Part shown: positions 1 through 11,843 of the stretch, in pieces | Numbering within the stretch: position 1 is the first letter of the stretch | Layout of the letters: each line of letters starts with the position of its first letter | DNA from: Hormiphora californensis | Taxonomy: Eukaryota; Animalia; Ctenophora | Assembly (NCBI GenBank): GCA_020137815.1 | Contig: CM035359.1 | Location: forward strand, 4,526,001 to 4,590,000 | Direction: 5' to 3' | DNA: 64,000 nucleotides | Program-made: the position numbers and the translations under genes | Notes under the pieces: model-generated | What the model saw: only the letters and a program-made list of their open reading frames with translations | Told to the model about the DNA's origin: nothing | The model's database searches: none

Positions 1-75
1 GTTCGAGCAGGCAGGTTCCCTGGCAGTTCAGACAGCCAACTGATGTTCAGACAGGTCAAGAAGACCGATCCTTAC

Positions 76-1323
76 CCCTGCTTGTACGACATCCAGTGGC
101 TTCGTGGCGATATCTTCTTTGATAGGGTTCCCATACTCGGCCAGTTTCGTAGTTGCTGCCTCCTTTATTTGGTTCTTTACCTGTTGAGAAGATTGGGGTG
201 AGATCCTACAACTGCAGGCGACTCAATCGACCCTTGATGTACAGTGTACACTGCAGTTCTAATATGCCATATTGTTAATAATTTTATGATTTCTCATTCT
301 AATTTATTAGGGGGGGGGGGTGCGACAAGAAAATCACCCTCATTTTTTGTTAACTTACATCATCCTTAAATACTAGTACGGCGATGATAGCAGAGACTTG
401 AACCATAAACGTAACCATAATGAAGATGAAATACTGAAACAAATGGTTAATAATATTATAACTAAACAACATTTAATTAATTAATAACTAACCATTAGTA
501 ACATAAATGTGGAGTGTCTCATGGCCCCACAGCACCCTAGAAACCCTATCAGGGTTATCAAGATTCCCGTACCTAAGGGGGAGGGGGGTCAGTACAATAT
601 TAGAATCGGACCGGGATGCTCGGGGGTTTTGCCCGGTATTTCATCCCGGATCCCCGCGGGGGAAATTATTCTCCCGGTAAATTGGGTAGATATAAGGGGG
701 CGGTAGGGATTAGTAGATACGGATCCTTGATCAACTGATTGGCGACGAAAATTTAGCATATTTTTGAACTGGTATAGGTCTCAATATTAACAATTTAAGA
801 CAAGATCAGGCGCGGCAACACGTAGTTACAAAATGTGAGATGGTAACGGTAAAATGAATAGAGATAAAAATTCTATAAACATATTTGATATATGTCAAAT
901 ATTGTGACTATTACCGATAAATATGTAGCTCAGAGAGACGGATCCCGAGCCAAAGAACTCTTCATAACTTTGTGCTGCAGTGGCAACATAAACACCAAGT
1001 CCTGCTAGACCAAGTCCCGCCAGCTAATTGGGGAAAATGTGATGAAAGGCGCTAGAAAAAAATCATTCGAAATACTTAGTAGTTCCACATGCCAAATTGT
1101 AAATGGTCCGAGTCACGGATCCATATTAATGGTCCGAGCTGGGTTCAAATTAATAAGAGTTTGTTGCATGCAATATATCATAACCTACCGAGATGAGAAA
1201 GTTGAGTGCAAAGAGGACCCATTTGACACAACTCTCCCCAAGGTCCAGGTGGTAGTGAGATATCCGGGCAGGGTTAGCCCCATAGTCAAGTCCGAGATGG
1301 TGTGCCTGGTGGATGTGAACCAT
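76..1323 (-). CDS. Tetraspanin paralog 1 (5' part; continues off the window start)
   Basis: Phase-consistent GT-AG exons 1323-1189, 1023-915, 572-493, 433-359, 180-76. They give CVKWVLFALNFLIS (TM1), GFLGCCGAMRHS (TM2), YFIFIMVTFMVQV (TM3) and the start of the large extracellular loop. Confidence 0.9.
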
Positions 1324-1724
1324 TTTTCTAGCTGATAGTGGGGGAGGGGTTAGCAATGTGTGCAGTTATAGTGGACCTTTTCTCTCAAGATGTTAACGGG
1401 GGGGGGGGGGGGTGAGTAAATTGGAGTAAATTTGGGGAGTTGAGATCTCAACTATGAGGCTGAAGGGGTGAGACAATAAATTGCTTTACCACGACATCAA
1501 GAATAAAAAATTCAATTTTCACAAGACAGTCAACTAAAACTCACACACAAACACTGCATTTGACACTCGTCTCGCTGCCACACACTGGCAGGGTAAAATA
1601 AAACAAAAAATGATCCAATATGTCTCAACAAGCTACATCTGGCGCCGCGGACCCAATCTGAGCGTGCACCATGTGAGCTCAGTGAGAATCAAATCGGGGT
1701 CTGTCAGACAGTTAATAAGTGATA

Positions 1725-4700
1725 TCAGTATGCAAAATGTTGTTGGATTGCTCTGGTGAGGAAGCAAGCCCCGCATGCACTGAACAACTGCACCCCCAGG
1801 AATCCTGCTAGGACGCCACCGAGAAGGCTGATATTACTGTTTAGGTAGTCGAATATCACAGCAGCACAACCCTGTATGGATAGAATTGGTGTAATTGGTG
1901 TAATTAGTTGATTATTTAATTATTTGATTATTTAATTAGTTAATTAGTTGATTAGTTGATTAGTTAATTAGTAAATAATAGTCATTTAGTTAATTTAGAA
2001 TTACAATCGGACCCCGATTTAACGGGATACTCAGGGAAAGAGGTTTGCCCGTTAAATCGGGGTGCCTGGTATATCGGGGTGAAATACTGCCAATTTCCTA
2101 TATCGGGGGAAGTTTATCCTCCCGGTAAATCGGGGTTCTGGTAAATCGTTCCCCGGTAAATCGGGGTTCAACTGTAGTTGGTTTTGGTGCTGTTTCCCGG
2201 ACACATACCTCTTGAAATACAAGGCTTGAATTGTAAGCCTTGTATCCGCAATCATCCTTTTCTTCAATGCAACAAGAATCAGGGACATCGTACCCCGTGT
2301 TGCCCTATAGTAGGATCAGGGGTAGTGAGATCGTTACGATAATGAAGAGAGAGAGAGAGAGATTGTTACTTTAACTAACAGTGAGATAGAGAGATTGTTA
2401 CTTTAACTAACAGTGAGATAGAGAGATTGTTACTTTAACTAACAGTGAGATAGAGAGATTGTTACTTTAACTAACAGTGAGAGAGTCCCTGATCCTTACC
2501 TTAGTAGCCAACCAGAGTGGTGCTAGTATATTCTCCTTACTCCAATCAAGCGTACCATTGTTAACACCACAACACTCAAACTGAGAGGGGGGATTGGAGT
2601 AGAGATTGTTGAGGGGGGGGGGTGAATTGAAGTAGAGCTTGTTGAGTAAAACGTAGAGATTGGGATCACATGCCTGACTTAACGACCCTATCCCACCTTC
2701 GACCCTCTCCCACCGTGCCACGCGGCAAAGGAGGCTCGAATTCTAATTTCGTTGGGAATTCTCATTTTGTTAGGATGGAAATGTGACTGAAAATAAACTA
2801 TTAGTAAGTTACTAACCGCCTGCTGAATAAAATCAATGGGATCGGTGGCATTGATGGTGTTGTTAACTCCACCGTACAAGTTCACTTTGTCTAGTAGAAT
2901 CTCAGTTACCTCTATCTCAACCTGCAGAAATAGATAGAATATTTTATGAAGGAGTAACTTACCGCTTGCTATCTGCATGGCCTTTTGCAAAAGGATCTAA
3001 CAACCTCTTTTTTTACGTTGGTACTTTGTTCAGAAATGAGCTAATACTAAAATCGTCTCAAATTGTGTAAACATGTGGTTTTTAATCTTCTTTATTACTA
3101 TCATGTTAATAGTATAATACTACTTACTTCTTATTACTATCATGTTAATAGTATTTAGTATCTACTCACTCGATCCTTACAAAAGCGGTGAAGTCTGGAG
3201 AAATTAAAACCCACATATTTAAATTGTAGACCAATTATTTTGCACAGCTATTGTTCATTTCTCAAACAGTTTCAAAAAATCTTGGGCTCACTGAGAAGAA
3301 AAAGTCGAGACTTGAGATCATTTCATAAAGCTCTGATACTCGTCTGCAGTGTCTGATAAAGTTTAAATCTAATCTGGCCCTGTCGTTTTTTAGATTGAAA
3401 TGGCAATATTCAGCGAAGGAGGATTCTCTACCCGGAACCGACCGAATCAGGAAATACTGGTCCCTGATTGGCTGATAACCAGTCACGTGACCTAAATAAC
3501 GTGTTCTGATTGGTTGTTTACTTGTTTCGGTCGGTTCATGCTCTCTACCCCTGATGTTTATGTGTTTTTCATCTTTCTTATACTCCCATGTATATCAGTC
3601 CCTCTCAACTGCCTGGTGTTGAGACACAACTACCAGATCAGAGATCATCAATCGCTCGGAGCCTGTACCTCGTTTTGAGTGGGGTAGATTTAGTGGTATG
3701 TCCGTATATCTTACTACCCGTCGCTATCGGTCTTTGGGTACCCAAAAAATGTCCTATTGCAGATAACCAAACATGTGCGGAACCTTACTACAATACCACG
3801 AGAAACACAAATAGCATTGGGTGTGCAACATTTTCAAGTGGACACTACATTTGCTTAGTCTTGCCAATGGTAATCACATCCTTCCTTACGACAGTTCGAT
3901 ACTTTCAAATTAAATACCCTCTTCGCTATATCTCACAAAGGAAAGTTTTGGCAACATTGTCTCTTGTCCTTGTGATTTATGCTATTACCGTTCTTGTAGC
4001 ATTTCATCTCTTGAGAGAGAGTAATCTTGTTTACTACGTCTTGCTGCAAAGGTGCACTATGGTGGACGAACCAGCTGATGTGAAGATTTTGCTACTAATT
4101 GCATATATTATCATTTTAACATTTCAAGGAACTGGTATTGCATTCACAACGTTAACTTTGGACAAGTTATACCAGCTATACAGGCATCCAATGCAGGGGA
4201 GTGGAGAAGGAAGGGCCCGATCTAAGATAGGAGGAGTAGTAAAAGTGCTTATACTGAATTTGGGTAGCATTCTACAGTTCCTTTCCATGGTCATAAATAC
4301 AACCATTAATGACGATTGGAATCCAGATCTCGTGACATCGAAATATCCTCTCTCTCATTTCATAGTTTCTATTGTATTTCCAGCACTATCTTCGCTTACC
4401 AACCCATTGGTATATCTGTCATTCGGCCCAGTTTGGGGTAGCTCCGACTCCTAACTCCCTAACAACACCCTAACAATTCCCATGATAACTCCCTAACAAC
4501 ACCCTAACAATTCCCATGATAACTCCCTAACAACACCCTAACAATTCCCATGATAACTCCCTAACAACACCCTAACAATTCCCATGATAACTCCCTAACA
4601 ACACCCCAACAATTTCCATGATAACAACACCCTAACAATATCCGACTTCGTGCAATTTCTCTCGTTACGCCATTCTGAACCCTCACCCAGTTTGGTCCGT

Positions 4701-7506
4701 GTGGTTCAGTTTTCATGACATTATATATGTTTAATTGCGGCCACTATCCACCGTGGTAGTTTTGATTGGTATTGATTGGTATTGATTGGTATGACAAGGA
4801 ACATATACTACTAGTTACGCGACGAGAAACGAACTATAAATGAACTTATTGCATGGATACGAAGTATAAGTATATGTCATTATAGAACAAAATATATGTG
4901 TTGCTGATTGATATAAGGAGCACTACAATAACAAGTTTCACTAATCGTGTTCGATGCGGCCTATTTTTGGGCAAGTGATCCTCCAGACAGTCACAAACAA
5001 GCAACCATGCCATTCAACCATCAGATATCGGTTTCATAGCAGCTATTATAGTATTTTATTTTCAGGATGTACCTTATTTCTGTTGGTGAGCCAGACTAGA
5101 ATGGCTATTACTTGAGCAAATATAGCTGCCAATACGAATATGGAATACTGAAAGAGGGGGGGTATGTTAGTAATCGGCTCTCAGTGTATACTGTATAGTG
5201 TATAGTATACACTGTATACACGTGCAAAAGTAGACTTATACATATGATACAACTTTGGCAACCAAGCGAATAATTGTGTACAGATAGTAGACTAGCTGCA
5301 GCTGCAGCGTACTGAGCTTTGTGAAGCTAGTAACAAAAGAAGGCGTAACTTTTTATTGTCTGGTGCTTGCAGTACAACTCTGTCCCCTGCTGCACCCACA
5401 CATGCCGGGTTGCGGAATGCGGACTTTTATAAACTATTAGTAACGAAATTGCCCTCGTAGAGGCATATCGTGGTAGTAAGACACATTTTAGCGTAAGTTA
5501 GGATAAATTTCGTTACCAATAGATCAGACTACCGGTCCACCAGCCACGCACATAAGGGGAGTTGTATTTGTTTCACCTACCATTATTAGAAAAAGAGGAC
5601 TGGATTTGTTTCACCTACCATTATTAGAAAAAGAGGACTGGATTTGTTGGCCCCGCAACACCCACAACCACCGACCAGTGTCAGAGCAATACCAATTCCA
5701 ATAATCGCCCAGCTCACTGATAACGTGCTGCCTGTAAATTGGGTAAAAAGATGGGTAAAAAGATAGGAATGGTAAAACAAAAAGGGTGCGATTAAATGAG
5801 CAAGGTACTCAATTACCGATCTCTACGCATGAAAGGTGGGGGCAATTTTTAAATCTCTTACTCAGTAAATATGGCCTGGTTGGTATATAAAATGCGATTT
5901 CTCAAAAATTTAAATTGAAAGTTCGCTTTTGATTTATATTAGTACACGTAGTATAAAATCAAAAGTAAGTACAGTCGGACCCCGATTTAACGGCCCCCGA
6001 TTTAGCGGCACCCCGATTTAACGGCAGGATAAATTTCCCCCAAAAATTTTTTGAAAATTTTTAAAAAATTTGAAAATTTTTTGAAAATTTTTCAAAGGTG
6101 TTTCAACCACGTCCGAATCGTGTTTCGAATCGGTGCATCTTATTGCATGTCTTGCCGGTAATTAGACGGTTCGAAACGAACAGATATGTGATCCCCATGA
6201 GGCCCATCGAATCGCAATTTTGACGCTTGTTAAACTGGCCCCATGGGGATCACGTATCGGTTCGTTTCGAACCGTCTAATTAGCGACAGGACGTGCGATA
6301 AGATGCACTGATTCGAAACACGATTCGGACGTGGTTGATATATCTTTGAAAAATTTTCATAACTCTTTTTTGCAAAATTTTACAGAATGATTGTCAATGC
6401 TTTGATCGGTGCTCCCCATGAATTTTCAGAGAAAAAGATATTTTGAAATTCGAATTCTTCCTCACCCCGCTTAAAGTGCCCCGATTCGGCATAGTATCAC
6501 GTGTCCGTTCGTTTCGAACCGTCTAATTAGCAGCAAGACATGCGATAAGATGCACTGATTCGATCAACGATTCGGACATGGTTGATATAAATTTACACGT
6601 ACCTTAGAAAAATTTTTTAAATTTTTTTAAAAACTATTTTCTTTTTCTAATCAGAAATGATCATGTAATCAATACATGGACATTGCATTTACTTAGAGGT
6701 GTTTTAGTATAGTATTTTGGACAAAAAAGGGTTTTATGGGCCAAATATGCTTTACCCCGATTTAACGGACACCCCGATTTAACGGACAAAACCCTTTCCC
6801 CCGAGGGTGCCGTTAAATCGGGGTCCGACTGTACATACTTACCGAGAAAATCCTTGTAATCGGAGGAACTGAGTTCAAAGTAGAAACCAAGGCAGATCAG
6901 GCCAAAACCTGAAAACTGGAGAACTCTCAATAAAAGTTAAATATGGAGTAAAATACAGAATTTAACTTTACTATTGATTCATGTTAGTGCTGTATTTCCA
7001 TGCCTCGAAGAAATTGAGGAATACTAGACGAGATCCTTAGAGCTAAACTGCCTGATATAGCAACAATATGCTGGGACTGAAAAGCGGCATGGGGTGAGAA
7101 TAGAGTCTAATGGGGAATGGCGGAAGGAGAGGAAGGGGGTGAGAATGGAGTATAATGGGGGGGGGGGGGGGGAAGGGAGAGGAAGGGGGTGAGAATAGAG
7201 TCTAATGGGGAATGGCGGAAGGAGAGGAAGGGGGTGGGAATAGAATATAATGGGGGGGGGGGGAAGGAGAGGAAGGGGGTGAGAATAGAGTCTAATAGGG
7301 GGGTAGGGTGTGGTTGTATGGGCGGTGGGGGAGGAGTCAAGTGGTCCACTCACCGATACGGCAAGATTAAGAAGGAACAGAGTCCACTTGATACACGCCT
7401 CCCCCAGATCCATGTGCCTTCCTACAATCTTTGCAGGCTGTTTGTTGACCCCCGTGAAATTTGGGGCTGCCTCCTGGATCAGCTCTAGCCCGTCCTGGAA
7501 CCTCAT
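1725..7506 (-). CDS. Tetraspanin paralog 2, complete, ~280 aa, 8 exons
   Basis: Exons 7506-7354, 6915-6843, 5731-5619, 5147-5073, 2921-2817, 2580-2500, 2304-2209, 1871-1725 (TGA). Motifs GCCGA, FECCG, VPDSCC, EGC and TM4. Confidence 0.92.
2004..2174. mobile_element. Short copy of Tc1/mariner(pogo)-like MITE family A
   Basis: Degenerate TIR caatcggaccccgattta ... taaatcggggttcaactg, flanked by TA. Confidence 0.75.
2355..2481. repeat. Intronic minisatellite (~4 copies of gagattgttactttaactaacagtgagata)
   Basis: Direct tandem repeats visible. Confidence 0.85.
3432..3540. mobile_element. ~109-bp MITE (TIR ggaaccgaccga); other copies at 58670-58778 and partial at 29527-29563
   Basis: TIRs ggaaccgaccgaa / ttcggtcggttc; flanking direct repeat ttctctac/ctctctac. 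Confidence 0.8.
4450..4640. repeat. 34-bp minisatellite with CCCTAA cores, flanked by tccgact direct repeats
   Basis: About 5 units of aactccctaacaacaccctaacaattcccatgat; tccgact at 4443-4449 and 4641-4647. Confidence 0.85.
5972..6831. mobile_element. MITE family A full-length copy (860 bp), Tc1/mariner-pogo-like
   Basis: TIR cagtcggaccccgattta / taaatcggggtccgactg, TA duplication, no ORF. Confidence 0.9.
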
Positions 7507-8151
7507 CTTGTTTGGTCCTAACTCCTTATCTTGTGCCCTTATTTGGTCTTAACTCCTTATCTTGTGCCCTTATTTGGTCTTAACTCCTAATATTACTTCC
7601 TTATATGGTGTACTGACAAGGGAAGGAGCTGGAGTAACCCGTTCTCATTATGATATTATGTGATCTAATAAACTGTATGGAACTGTAAAACTAAAAGCGA
7701 GAATAGCAATAAAACTCGACAAATTCAAAAAAATTGGGAGCTAATTGTTGTGTTCTAACCCTCTGTAGACAGTCTGGCAGCGCCAGACCCCAATTTGATT
7801 CTCAATCGCGACAGTGCGCTCAGATGGGGTCGGCGGCGCCAGACAGCATATGGAACAGAGAACAAGGCAAGGAGCTAAAAAGTTATGGAAAAAGCTCCGT
7901 CTCAAAAAGTAACAGTACACCCTGAACCAACATTGAAAAGCTGGTTTGTTATGTTCTAACAATCTAACCCTTTACGTTGCAGGGCGCAGAGGGTCGAACA
8001 AGACAAGAACCATGGTTTAGTTGCAAAGACAACACGATGACGCAAGTAAGAGAGGGGTGGTACACAACAACACAGAGATCTCAAGATTTGCGCAGACACA
8101 GTCGTTTCCTTGAAGAGAGAGGGAGAGCGAGAGAGAGAGGGAGAGAGGGAA

Positions 8152-8223
<72 letters not shown>

Positions 8224-8597
8224 GCGCGAGAGAGAGAGCAGCGAGAGATAGAGAGAGGAGGAGAGATGAGAGATAGAGAGAGAGAGAGTAGTAGATAGCG
8301 ATCGTACGGAGAGAGCAGAGTCGAGAGAGAGATCGAGGAGATGAGACTAGACTCTTCCTCTCTCGCCTCTCCGCTCCTCTCTCCTATCGATGAGAGAGAG
8401 AGAGATCAGATGGAGAGCGAGCGAGAAAGGGATAGAGGGAGATACACAGAGAGAAGAGGAGCGCTCGTGCCTGGAGACTTGTGGTGGGAGGGAGATGTTA
8501 GTTACACAAATTGAGTGTACTATCAATTTAACTAGTTTATACTTTCTCGCTGAGTGTACTCAATATATTTTACTAGTTTTTAATTTTTTTGTTATTA

Positions 8598-11500
8598 CAG
8601 TCGGACCCCGATTTAACGGCACCCTCGGGGGAAAGGGTTTTGTCCGTTAAATCGGGGTGTCCGTTAAATCGGGGTAAAGCATATTTGGCCCATAAAACCC
8701 TTTTTTGTCCAAAATACTATACTAAAACACCTCTAACCCTTTGACGGCGACAGAGCATATATGCTACAGTCTATTCTAGGCGGCCTGGAAGTCCTTATGT
8801 TTTATCTAGGTGGCCCATATTTTGTCACAAGCTAGTTTTAGGGATTATGAACCTAAAACCACGTCCAGATCAGCTCAGAAAATCAAGAAAAAAATTTTAT
8901 AGCCCTTCTAAGGAGGCTAATTTCGGCCTTTTTTTAAAACCATTTCTCATTTTTTTGTTTTTTGGGGGCACAACTAATCCTTTGAAGGAATAAAAGTGCT
9001 CGACATAACCGACCGAATGCAAAAAGCCGCATCAAAAAATATTGAAAATTGAATGAGTTATTAACATTTAAGGCGCCGTATCATATATGATACTATCGCC
9101 CGTAAGGGAATTCTAGTAACAAATCTAAATTGTACAAGTTTGTTGGTGCTATGGCATAAATTTATGCTTTCATGTGGTATGTAGCTACAAGTTCTACAAT
9201 CGTGAACGGTTTTTACCAGGAAAAGAACCCAAATTAGAGATTTGTATCATATATGATACTATCGTCCTAAGGGTAAATTCTCCTAAAACATACATAATTC
9301 GGGCTAGAAAAGGAGCTAAGAGACAAATGGGGGCACTAAAATGTGTAGAATCATCGCATTAGTGGGGGTAGAGCACATAGTTAGGTCGCTATCTGGATCC
9401 CTAATTGGATAATTGGATAATTAGCTAATTATCTGTCCCGCGCGTGCTAACTATTCATGAAACTTTGCTCTGGGAAGGAGTTATGAGACAAATGGGGGCA
9501 CTAAAATGTGTAGAATCATCAAATTAGTGGGGGTAGAGCACATATTTAGATCGCTATCTGGATCCATAATTGAGATAATTGGATAATTAGCTAATTAGTT
9601 GCCTTGGAGCGCTAATAAATGAGACTAGGCGGAGTATACAAGACAAGTGAGGGCACTAAAATGTGGAAAATCATCGCCTTAGCGGGGGTAGAGCACATAG
9701 CTGAGTTTCTATTCCCACTCCTAATTGAGATAATTGGATAATTAGCTAATTGACGGTTGCACACCGTCCACTTTTCACCAAATCCCGTGGTTTCTAGGTA
9801 ATCCTGAGCTCTTTTGCTCAATCTAAGGATCTTTTGACAACCCCTAACCCCATGTGTATCACCTTTGACTCGTTTTACATAATAGTATAGCACTCGATAC
9901 AACCCTAGACACTGCCTTCAGCTCTTTAGAACCCTCTTGCTCCATCCTAGACCTCTCATACATCCAAGATCCAACTACAATCCTATAGAATTTTTATATC
10001 CTATTGCTCCTACAACACGTTCAACCTCTAATATACTACAGTTTCCCATATTTATTGTTTGGACACACGGTTATAGGCGTTTAGGGATATTAGGGGATGT
10101 CAGAAGATCCTTAGATTGAGCAAAAGAGCTCAGGATTACCTAGAAACCACGGGATTTGGTGAAAAGTGGACGGTGTGCAACCGTCAATTAGCTAATTATC
10201 CAATTATCTCATTTAGGAGTTGGAATAGAAACTCAGCTATGTGCTCTACCTCCACTAAGGCGATGATTTTACACATTTTAGTGCCCCTACTTGTCTTGGA
10301 TACTCCGCAAAGTCTCATTTATTAGCGCTCCAGGGCAACTAATTAGCTAATTATCCAATTATCTCAATTATGGATCCAGATAGCGACCAAAATATGTGCT
10401 CTACCCCCACTAATGTAATGATTCTACACATTTTAGTGCCCCCATTTGTCTCATAACTCCTTCCCAGAGCAAAGTTTCATGAATAATTAGCACGCGTGGG
10501 ACAGATAATTAGCTAATTATCCAATTATCTCAATTAGGGATCCAGATAGCGACCTAAATATGTGCTCTACCCCCACTAATGCGATTCTACACATTTTAGT
10601 GCCCCCATTTGTCTCTTAGCTCCTTTTCTATCCCGAATTATGTATGTTTTAGGAGAATTTACCCTTAGGACGATAGTATCATATATGATACAAATCTCTA
10701 ATTTGGGTTCTTTTCCTGGTAAAAACCGTTCACGATTGTAGAACTTGTAGCTACAAACCTCATGAAAGCATAAATTTATGCCATAACACCCACAAACTTG
10801 TACAATTCAGATTTGTTACTAGAATTCCCTTACGGACGATAGTATCATATATGCTACAGTGGGCCCAGCAAAAACTACATGTCGGAATTACAAATTTCCT
10901 TTTCGAGGCGTTTTGTGTTGATAATATCTACTTATAAACGAAAAATTAGACAATTCTATCGAGCCAATCCTTCTCGCCGTCAAAGGGCTAAGTAAATGCA
11001 ATGTCCATGTATTGATTACATGATCATTTCTGATTAGAAAAAGAAAATAGTTTTTAAAAAAATTTAAAAAATTTTTCTAAGGTACGTGTAAATTTATATC
11101 AACCATGTCCGAATCGTTGATCGAATCAGTGCATCTTATCGCATGTCTTGCTGCTAATTAGACGGTTCGAAACGAACGGACACGTGATACTATGCCGAAT
11201 CGGGGCACTTTAAGCGGGGTGAGGAAGAATTCGAATTTCAAAATATCTTTTTCTCTGAAAATTCATGGGGAGCACCGATCAAAGCATTGACAATCATTCT
11301 GTAAAATTTTGCAAAAAAGAGTTATGAAAATTTTTCAAAGATATATCAACCACGTCCGAATCGTGTTTCGAATCAGTGCATCTTATCGCACGTCCTGTCG
11401 CTAATTAGACGGTTCGAAACGAACCGATACGTGATCCCCATGGGGCCAGTTTAACAAGCGTCAAAATTGCGATTCGATGGGCCTCATGGGGATCACATAT

Positions 11501-11712
11501 CTGTTCGTTTCGAACCGTCTAATTACCGGCAAGACATGCAATAAGATGCACCGATTCGAAACACGATTCGGACGTGGTTGAAACACCTTTGAAAAATTTT
11601 CAAAAAATTTTCAAATTTTTTAAAAATTTTCAAAAAATTTTTGGGGGAAATTTATCCTGCCGTTAAATCGGGGTGCCGCTAAATCGGGGGCCGTTAAATC
11701 GGGGTCCGACTG
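8598..11712. mobile_element. MITE family A copy (inverted relative to 5972-6831) carrying a nested insertion
   Basis: Same TIRs and TA duplication. Near-identical reverse complement of 5972-6831 once 8737-10991 is removed. Confidence 0.9.
8737..10987. mobile_element. Non-autonomous piggyBac-like foldback element, CTAA target duplication
   Basis: TIR ccctttgacggcga / tcgccgtcaaaggg; CTAA at 8733-8736 and 10988-10991; the uninterrupted sister MITE has a single CTAA; long internal inverted arms ~9080-9870 and ~10080-10860. Confidence 0.85.
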
Positions 11713-11843
11713 TATTTAACTTACTCCATTAATTAGTTTATTAATTAAATTTCTAACTCCATTAATTAGCTAATTAACTAATTGACTCCATTAATTGACT
11801 CCATTAATTAGTTAATTAACTAATTGACTCCAGTGCAGCAGCT

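Larger units (their letters stand above)
3400..4718 (+). pseudogene. Intronless rhodopsin-like (class A) GPCR, disrupted, nested antisense in a tetraspanin 2 intron
   Basis: Reconstructed start MAIFSEGGFSTPDVYVFF (ATG 3400) is interrupted by a MITE at 3432-3540. TM1 (PLNCLVLRHNY) is out of frame with ORF 3588-4454, which holds TM2-7 (TVRY, LTNPLVY). The C-tail is interrupted by an array at 4450-4640. Confidence 0.8.

Noticed and set aside
8540-8597. Tetraspanin TM1-like peptide ECTQYILLVFNFFVI
   Set aside because: No donor or downstream exons found; AT-rich sequence next to a MITE, likely coincidence.
9612-10325. Two similar ORFs on opposite strands
   Set aside because: They come from the inverted arms of the foldback element; no transposase motifs.
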